From Oscillospiraceae bacterium (GTDB lineage Bacteria > Bacillota > Clostridia > Oscillospirales > Ruminococcaceae): DNA of 64,000 nt. The notes under the pieces are model-generated. The model was not told the origin of the DNA. It did not search any database and saw only the letters and a list, made by a program, of their open reading frames with translations. The stretch's first letter is position 1; every line of letters begins with the position of its first letter. Positions 57,535 to 64,000 of this stretch are shown piece by piece. The stretch covers positions 1,888 to 65,887 of the forward strand of contig SVMX01000008.1 in NCBI GenBank assembly GCA_015067175.1, given 5' to 3'. Both the position numbers and the translations under genes were made by a program.

Positions 57535-58706
57535 GTTTCTTCCTTTCGTAATGATAGCTCCTCTGTTGCTTTTAAGTAAAAATCAGCAAGCCGCTCGGCT
57601 TCAACGCTTATTTCATAACCCTGCGCTGCTAAATCAGCGGGGGCGGCAGCGTTTTTTACCGCATTTAATACGGCTTTAGCCCAATCCTTAAGAGAACATT
57701 TAAGTGAAACAAAGCTTGCTCCATCGGAAAACTTTACCTCAGTAGGTACTCTGTCCGAAAAAACGCAGCCTACTCCAACCGCCTGTGCTTCTACGCCAAC
57801 CATACCAAGCCCCTCATAATTCGACGGGAGAACAAAGCAGTCGAATGCGTTGTAAAGCCTGTCAGTATCACTGCGTTGTCCCAGCAGCAATGCTCTGTCT
57901 GAGAGCTTCATTTCGGTTATTTTGTTGCGTATCAACTCAACATCGCCGCCTGTTCCTGCCATAAGTAGGTAGGAGTTCGGCTGGATCTTCAAAATTTCTG
58001 AGAATATATCCACCAAAAAGCTTTGGCTCTTCTGCGGACAAAAACGCCCGATATGACCAAACACCAACGCATTATGAGGAATACCAAGCTCTTCTCTGAG
58101 CGAAATGCGCTTTTCCTCATCTCGCGCAAAAACGCTGCCATCAACAGCGTTTCTAAGTATATATACCGATTCTTTTGACGCACTCGTATGGGACAGATCG
58201 CACACAGGCTTCTTTCCATACAGCCACTCTGCTGCATACCTTGAACAAGCAAATCTATGTGTTGCGTTTTTGCCGCAAAACGGCTTCAAGACAGCCTTTG
58301 CAAGGTTTCTCACAAACTCCCTTTTTCCGCCTGAGGTGGTGTGATTGTGAATAATTCTTATCGGTACCCCTGCCCTTTTCGCCGCCTTTAATGCAGGACC
58401 TGACAGCGTACTCAAATGACAATGCACTATGGAATATTTGTTTTCCGTAAGCAGAGCTGTAAGCGTTTTTATGTAGCGCGGCGCATTTTTCAATTCGCAT
58501 AAACGAAACACTCTGCCGCCAAGACTTTCAATTTCCGCCTCCGGCACGCGGCTTGAGCTGTCAAAAACAAAAAAGTCGAACTGAATTTTGCTGCGATCTA
58601 TATGTCGATAGTAGTTCATGACCACCTGTTCGACACCGCCGCCCTCCATTTTCCCCAATATCTGCGCTATCCTTACAGGAGCAGACATATCAGCACTGAT
58701 TTTCAA
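57531..58706 (-). CDS. GT4 glycosyltransferase (EpsF-like)
   Basis: GGVE, H.H, GHIGRF..QK, PSNYEGLG...VEAQ. Confidence 0.88.
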   Translation of the reverse strand: MKISADMSAPVRIAQILGKMEGGGVEQVVMNYYRHIDRSKIQFDFFVFDSSSRVPEAEIESLGGRVFRLCELKNAPRYIKTLTALLTENKYSIVHCHLSTLSGPALKAAKRAGVPIRIIHNHTTSGGKREFVRNLAKAVLKPFCGKNATHRFACSRYAAEWLYGKKPVCDLSHTSASKESVYILRNAVDGSVFARDEEKRISLREELGIPHNALVFGHIGRFCPQKSQSFLVDIFSEILKIQPNSYLLMAGTGGDVELIRNKITEMKLSDRALLLGQRSDTDRLYNAFDCFVLPSNYEGLGMVGVEAQAVGVGCVFSDRVPTEVKFSDGASFVSLKCSLKDWAKAVLNAVKNAAAPADLAAQGYEISVEAERLADFYLKATEELSLRKEET

Positions 58707-58918
58707 TTTATCTCCCTTCAGAATATGAATAGATCGTTACCCGTAAAAAATTTTTTTCTTCTGCCAAACGCTTTCATAAGTTCATTCCGATATACTGCAA
58801 ATACTACTCGCTTTTTGTATTATAACAAAAGTATATGTGCATAACTATATACGCAAGAATTGACAAAACGTAACAATGATGTTATAATTTCTCTATCAAT
58901 ATACGAAAAGAGAATTGT

Positions 58919-59698
58919 ATGTTCACAAAAATAATTCATACGCTCAAAGAACGCAAATTTCTCTTTGAAGAGCTTGTTAAGCGTGACTTCACCAAAAAAT
59001 ACAAGCGCACTATACTGGGAATGTTCTGGAGCGTACTCGGACCACTTATTACACTTGGCGTTATGGCGCTGGTATTCACACATTTTTTTGGCAGAGATAT
59101 CGAGCATTTTGCAGTATATATGTTCTGCGGAAATCTGCTGTTCAGCTATTTCAAAGAGTCCACAAATCAAGGGATGATGGCGCTGTATTACAATGCTGAG
59201 ATATTCTCTAAGGTAAACGTTCCAAAATATCTGTTTTTGCTGTCAAGCAATGTATCTTCGCTTATCAACTTTGGCATTAACCTTGTGATACTTTTGGCTT
59301 TCTCTGCAATAGACGGAGTTGTGTTCACATGGAAGTTCATTCTTCTGCTCTATCCCATACTCTGTCTTGTTGTATTCAACCTCGGCGCAGGACTTATATT
59401 ATCAGCGCTTTATCTAATGTTCCGCGACCTTAGATATCTGTACGATATTTTTACTCTTTTACTTATGTATGTATCAGCGATATTCTACTCAATTGAAACA
59501 TTCCCGCAGGTTTATCAAAACATCTTCCATCTAAATCCTGTCTATGTTTACATCAGCTATTTCAGAAAAATAATCCTTGACGGAGAAATACCGCAACTTT
59601 CATTGCACTTGCTTGCGGCAGGCTATGCAATAATCGCGCTCGTAATCGGTGCTGTAATTTATAAAAAGAAAAACTACAAATTCCTGTACTATATCTGA
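58919..59698 (+). CDS. wzm: ABC-2 polysaccharide exporter permease (Wzm/TagG)
   Basis: LVKRDF..KY..T.LG..W, FRD, SAIFY, NP...I..FR. Confidence 0.9.
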   Translation: MFTKIIHTLKERKFLFEELVKRDFTKKYKRTILGMFWSVLGPLITLGVMALVFTHFFGRDIEHFAVYMFCGNLLFSYFKESTNQGMMALYYNAEIFSKVNVPKYLFLLSSNVSSLINFGINLVILLAFSAIDGVVFTWKFILLLYPILCLVVFNLGAGLILSALYLMFRDLRYLYDIFTLLLMYVSAIFYSIETFPQVYQNIFHLNPVYVYISYFRKIILDGEIPQLSLHLLAAGYAIIALVIGAVIYKKKNYKFLYYI

Positions 59699-59710
59699 TT
59701 GAGGCTGTGT

Positions 59711-60469
59711 ATGAGCAAACCAATAATTGAAGTAAACAATGTATCTGTAAAATATATTACAGGCGACCTTAGAAACATCGGTCTTAAAGAATATGTCATG
59801 AAAAAACTGACACGCAAATACAAGGTGCAGGAGTTCATGGCTGTAAACGGAGTTTCTTTTACACTTGAGCAAGGCGATATGCTGGGCATAATCGGTACGA
59901 ACGGCGCAGGCAAATCCACGCTGCTTAAAGTGGTGACTAAGATAATGGAGCCGTCCACAGGCTATGTGAAGGCAGACGGTAAGATCGCAGCTCTGCTGGA
60001 GCTTGCAAGCGGGTTTGACGAAGAGCTTAACTTAAAAGAAAACGCATATCTGCGCGGAGCTATGCTTGGCTATACGCGTAAATTCATGGACGAAAAATAT
60101 CCTGAAATACTCGCATTTTCCGAGCTGCAGGAATATGAGCAACTCCCGTTCAAGCATTTATCAAGCGGCATGAAATCGCGAATTGCGTTTTCAATTGCAG
60201 CTATGGTAGAGCCTGAAATACTTATTCTTGACGAGGTTTTATCCGTTGGCGACGGAGCTTTTAGCGAAAAAAGCGAAACGAAGATGCGAGAGATCATAAA
60301 AAGCGGAAAGGCTACTATACTTGTATCCCATTCGATACCTCAGGTGCGCAGAATTTGCAACAAGGTGCTGTGGCTCGACCACGGAAAGCAGATAGCTTTC
60401 GGGAACGCCGATGCGCTTTGTGATAAGTACGAAGAATTTTTGAAAACAGGAGTGCTTCCCGAAATATGA
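59711..60469 (+). CDS. wzt: ABC polysaccharide exporter ATPase (Wzt/TagH), no C-terminal binding domain
   Basis: GTNGAGKST, SSGM..RIAF, LDEVL.VGD, VSH. Confidence 0.92.
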   Translation: MSKPIIEVNNVSVKYITGDLRNIGLKEYVMKKLTRKYKVQEFMAVNGVSFTLEQGDMLGIIGTNGAGKSTLLKVVTKIMEPSTGYVKADGKIAALLELASGFDEELNLKENAYLRGAMLGYTRKFMDEKYPEILAFSELQEYEQLPFKHLSSGMKSRIAFSIAAMVEPEILILDEVLSVGDGAFSEKSETKMREIIKSGKATILVSHSIPQVRRICNKVLWLDHGKQIAFGNADALCDKYEEFLKTGVLPEI

Positions 60470-60538
60470 CGAGAGCACGCGGCATAGATCAATGGTAATT
60501 CTCCATGGAAAGTGCAGTAATTTTCGGGAGGTGTTCAA

Positions 60539-61639
60539 ATGGTCGTAAGGGCGAAAACCAAAATGCTGTTTGAGGGAAAGCCGCTTACCGAAAAACAAAA
60601 AGCAAATTCAAAATTAAATATCAGTGAGATTGATACACAACAGGCAATAATCAGATCTTATCCCAGAAGGTTGGTGTTTGAGCTTACTAATGCCTGTAAT
60701 CTCAACTGTGTAATGTGCGGCAGAAACGCTGCTGATTTCAAGCTTACAGCATTCGATATGGAGCTGTTCCGTTCTTTTGAGCCTATGATGGATACTATCG
60801 AGGAAGTAACTCTTATGGGCTGGGGCGAACCTACCATTCATCCCAATTTTACCGAAATGCTTGAGATCATCAACCGACACAGTGCAAGAAAATACTTCTG
60901 CACAAACGGAATGAACCTCAAAAAAATCAAGAACGCAATCTTTGACTACAATGTTGATGTTTTTGCAGTCAGTGTTGACGGTGCAACATACGAAACAAAT
61001 GCAAGAATAAGAAGAGGCTCAGACCTCAATGTGATCATCGCCGACTTAAAGGATATTGTTGCAGAAAAAAATGCAAGAGGTCTTAAATATCCGTGGATAA
61101 ATTTCGTGTTCTGCGCAATGCAGTCGAATATCCACGAGCTTCCCGACCTTGTCAGACTTGCTGCGGATATCGGTATTGACGAAGTAAAGGTAGTTTATCT
61201 TACCGCATTTTACGAAGCTCTTGCCAAGGAAACCCTCTGGGGTATGGAGGATAAGGTAAGCGCTGTTTTCAGCGATGCAATAAAAGCGGGAGAAGATCTT
61301 GGCATCACTATGAAGCTCCCCCACATTTCCGGAGAAGATGTTGCAGGTGACAAATACCATAAGAATTGTTTTGTGGCTTGGCGTGACTTTTTGCTTGGCT
61401 CTGACGGATATGTTCGTCCCTGTATGTCAACACCTGTCAAATTCTTTAAATATGACGGAACAAAGGACTTTATGGACGTTTGGAACTCTCCCGAATATCA
61501 ACATTACCGCCGGAGCGTTAATTCCGAAAATATGGATCCTCCCTGCAAGAGATGCTACCAGTCATCTTACTGCAACTGGAACAAAAAAGAATCATTTATT
61601 CAGGTCGGTGAATCATTCTCGCCCGATTGGGAGAAATAA
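60539..61639 (+). CDS. Radical SAM protein with a SPASM/twitch domain
   Basis: CNLNCVMC, GWGEP, TNG, VSVDG, C...G.VRPC, WNS..Y..YR, CxxC. Confidence 0.9.
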   Translation: MVVRAKTKMLFEGKPLTEKQKANSKLNISEIDTQQAIIRSYPRRLVFELTNACNLNCVMCGRNAADFKLTAFDMELFRSFEPMMDTIEEVTLMGWGEPTIHPNFTEMLEIINRHSARKYFCTNGMNLKKIKNAIFDYNVDVFAVSVDGATYETNARIRRGSDLNVIIADLKDIVAEKNARGLKYPWINFVFCAMQSNIHELPDLVRLAADIGIDEVKVVYLTAFYEALAKETLWGMEDKVSAVFSDAIKAGEDLGITMKLPHISGEDVAGDKYHKNCFVAWRDFLLGSDGYVRPCMSTPVKFFKYDGTKDFMDVWNSPEYQHYRRSVNSENMDPPCKRCYQSSYCNWNKKESFIQVGESFSPDWEK

Positions 61640-61696
61640 TCAGTATAAAAAATCATTGGTAACAAGTGCTGACTTAAACTAGATAGCGAGGATAAG

Positions 61697-62824
61697 ATGA
61701 AAAAAATCAAGGTGTGCTGTTTTATCGAAAAATGGGTGTCAGGCGGCATTGAATCTTTCTCGAACAATGTTTTTCACAATTTAGATATTTCTTTGTTTCA
61801 GATAGACATCATCGCATCAGAGATGTGTGGCAGCATTTTTACAGAACCTTTGCAAAAGCTTGGGGTTAGTTTTTATGAGCTTTCGGGCAGCCGATGGAAA
61901 TTGATGAGCAATTACAGGCTTCTCAAAAAATTGCTGAAAAACAATGATTATGATGTGATTTATATCAATGCATATCATGCTGTATCAATGATATATGCAA
62001 AGCTCGCTCATTCGCTGAATATACCGCAAATAATAGTACACAGCCATTGCTCTGCAATAAAAAAAAGCTGCACCCGTTTTTTAAAGGTGTGGGCGCATAA
62101 GCTGTCATCTAGAGTGTTCTCTAAATATGTTACGGATTTTTTGGCGTGTTCAGGGCTTGCGGCAGAATTTATGTTTCCCAAAAAGGTGATAGCAAACGGT
62201 CGTTATGTGTTTATCCCGAATGGCATTGAAACGGATAAATTTACCTTTAATGAAGAACACAGAAACAACGTCAGGCAAGAATTAAATCTGCAAGACACCT
62301 TTGTAATCGGCTGTGTGGGACGACTTTGCGAAGAGAAAAACCAACTGTTTCTTCTTGACGTTTTTGCGCAGGCTGTAAAGATAAAGGATTGCAGGCTGGT
62401 TTTGGTCGGCAAGGGCGAACTAGAGGAAGTTTTGCGCAAAAAAGCCGAAGCGCTTGGTATCAGTGATAAGGTAATATTTTACGGTGCTTCAAATGAAGTA
62501 AATCGTTTGATATGCGGCTTTGATTGCCTTGCAATGCCAAGTCTGTTTGAAGGCTTAATGATCGTTGCGATCGAGGCTCAATGTATTGGTCTGCCAATCG
62601 TCTGTTCCGATAGACTTGCGAAAGAAACATTCGTGGGCGAGGGTATAAAAGCGGTCGCTTTGGAAAAGAGCGCAAAAGAATGGGCGCAAGCTATATTTTC
62701 GTGTGAGAAAACGGGAACATATTCTGATAGCAATAAGTCGGCTTTAATAAAGGCAGGATTTGATATAAAGAACACTGCGGCAACGATCCGGAATATTTTT
62801 TTGAAAGGGTTTATAGATGAATAA
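61697..62824 (+). CDS. GT4 glycosyltransferase
   Basis: GGIE, HSH, IPNGI, VGRL..EKN, PSLFEGL...IEAQ. Confidence 0.88.
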   Translation: MKKIKVCCFIEKWVSGGIESFSNNVFHNLDISLFQIDIIASEMCGSIFTEPLQKLGVSFYELSGSRWKLMSNYRLLKKLLKNNDYDVIYINAYHAVSMIYAKLAHSLNIPQIIVHSHCSAIKKSCTRFLKVWAHKLSSRVFSKYVTDFLACSGLAAEFMFPKKVIANGRYVFIPNGIETDKFTFNEEHRNNVRQELNLQDTFVIGCVGRLCEEKNQLFLLDVFAQAVKIKDCRLVLVGKGELEEVLRKKAEALGISDKVIFYGASNEVNRLICGFDCLAMPSLFEGLMIVAIEAQCIGLPIVCSDRLAKETFVGEGIKAVALEKSAKEWAQAIFSCEKTGTYSDSNKSALIKAGFDIKNTAATIRNIFLKGFIDE

Positions 62825-63797
62825 TCAAAAAATATCAATTATCATTCCGATATATAAAACAGAGAAGTTTTTGAGAAAATGCATTGAAAGCGTGCTGAAT
62901 CAGATATATTCCGATCTTGAAGTGATACTTGTTGATGACGGCTCACCCGACAGGTGCGGCGAGATCTGTGATGAATACGCAGCAAAGGACAGCAGGATAA
63001 AAGTCATACATAAAGATAACGGCGGTCTGTTTTCGGCAAAAAACGAAGGCATGAAGCACGCAACAGGAGAATGGATAAGCTTTGTTGACAGCGATGACTA
63101 TATTGATCCCACAATGTATGAATATCTGATATCCCTTACAAACAGCGATATTGACTTTGTGCAATGCGGAATTATTTTTGAAGAGTCGGATAGGCAATGG
63201 ACAGGCTACGCTCCCAAAGAAGTGATTTTTTGGGACGGAGGCTGTGGTAAGATTCAAAAAAAAGAAATGAAATTTTGGGCCAATAGCACTTGTAACAAGC
63301 TTTACAGGCGTTCGATGCTTGACGGCTTGTTTTTTTCACCTGAGTATACGCTCGGCGAGGATCTGTTCTTTAACATATATGTTCTCAACAAATTCCGAGG
63401 TGCTGTGCTGGGAACAAAAGCCTTATATCATTATGTTCAGCAGGAAAAGAACATGTGCCATAGTGCTGTTCCAAAGAAACAGCTAATGAACTATTTCAAT
63501 ATTTCAAATATTGCTATGTCACTGTTTTCCGAAAATAAAAAGCTGTATGATTTTTACTATCATGAATCTTTTACCGCCTGTGCAACTATCTGCTCAATAA
63601 TCGTTCGGAACGATCAGAATGAGCCGGACGTGATAGATAAAATGCGCAGTTATGCAAGGGAAAATTTCAGATGTGTATTGTTTTCCGGCGTGAAGATATC
63701 AATGAAATTGAAGATGTTTTTGATTGCTTATTGCTGGTGGTTATACCGACCTTTATTGCTGTGGTTAAAACGAAAGGATCTGAAAAACAACCGCTGA
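62817..63797 (+). CDS. GT2 glycosyltransferase
   Basis: ISIIIPIY, VDDGSPD, N.G...A.N.G, FVDSDD, GED. Confidence 0.92.
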   Translation: MNNQKISIIIPIYKTEKFLRKCIESVLNQIYSDLEVILVDDGSPDRCGEICDEYAAKDSRIKVIHKDNGGLFSAKNEGMKHATGEWISFVDSDDYIDPTMYEYLISLTNSDIDFVQCGIIFEESDRQWTGYAPKEVIFWDGGCGKIQKKEMKFWANSTCNKLYRRSMLDGLFFSPEYTLGEDLFFNIYVLNKFRGAVLGTKALYHYVQQEKNMCHSAVPKKQLMNYFNISNIAMSLFSENKKLYDFYYHESFTACATICSIIVRNDQNEPDVIDKMRSYARENFRCVLFSGVKISMKLKMFLIAYCWWLYRPLLLWLKRKDLKNNR

Positions 63798-63890
63798 CAC
63801 TAAAACGAAGCCGTGTCGCGACACGGCAGCACAAAAGATCCCCTGCTCCGAGCGAGGCAAAAAAGTAAATCCTTTTCAAATCCGAAATGT

Positions 63891-63918
63891 AGGCTGCACA
63901 AAGTGCAGCCTTTTACTT
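63891..63918 (+). repeat. 28-bp palindromic element, copy 2
   Basis: Identical to 53805-53832. Confidence 0.8.
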
Positions 63919-64000
63919 TTGCAAGCCTGTCATATTTGTCCGCTTAGCCGCATATATTCCTATAAACAAAACGACTATCCGTTACAGGGGGTATATATTA

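Noticed and set aside
1-64000. CRISPR array, rRNA, tRNA, prophage or IS element
   Set aside because: No regularly spaced repeats, cloverleafs, rRNA signatures, transposases, integrases or phage structural genes recognised.

Overview
A 64 kb chromosomal window from a Clostridia-like Firmicute (Oscillospiraceae/Ruminococcaceae-like, judged from gene content, sigma-A promoters and GGAGG-type RBSs; this is inference). It is mostly housekeeping genes: pckG, nth, pgi, rpmF, der-plsY-gpsA, ilvE, glyQS, ferredoxin, darA-holB-ricT, thrS, secDF, purL, mtaB and two HPr-like genes. Accessory blocks are interleaved: (i) an Abi/HEPN gene and a TerB-N/C gene appended to the der-plsY-gpsA operon; (ii) a second FAS / type II PKS-like cluster (PlsC-type acyltransferase, ACP, fused KS-CLF, KR, DH, PPTase, flavoprotein) resembling the core of the streptococcal cyl polyene operon; (iii) orphan immunity-like genes; (iv) a MORN-repeat/L7-L12 C-terminal-domain fusion; (v) a glycan locus (O-ligase/OTase, WcaJ, Wzm/Wzt, radical SAM, glycosyltransferases). 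Neither aminoacyl-tRNA synthetase gene shows a T-box. Both instead have hairpins next to the RBS whose loops display the cognate anticodon (GCC for glyQS, UGU for thrS), suggesting tRNA-mimic autoregulation. I saw no rRNA, tRNA, CRISPR array or transposase. All family calls come from motif recognition by eye, not database searches.
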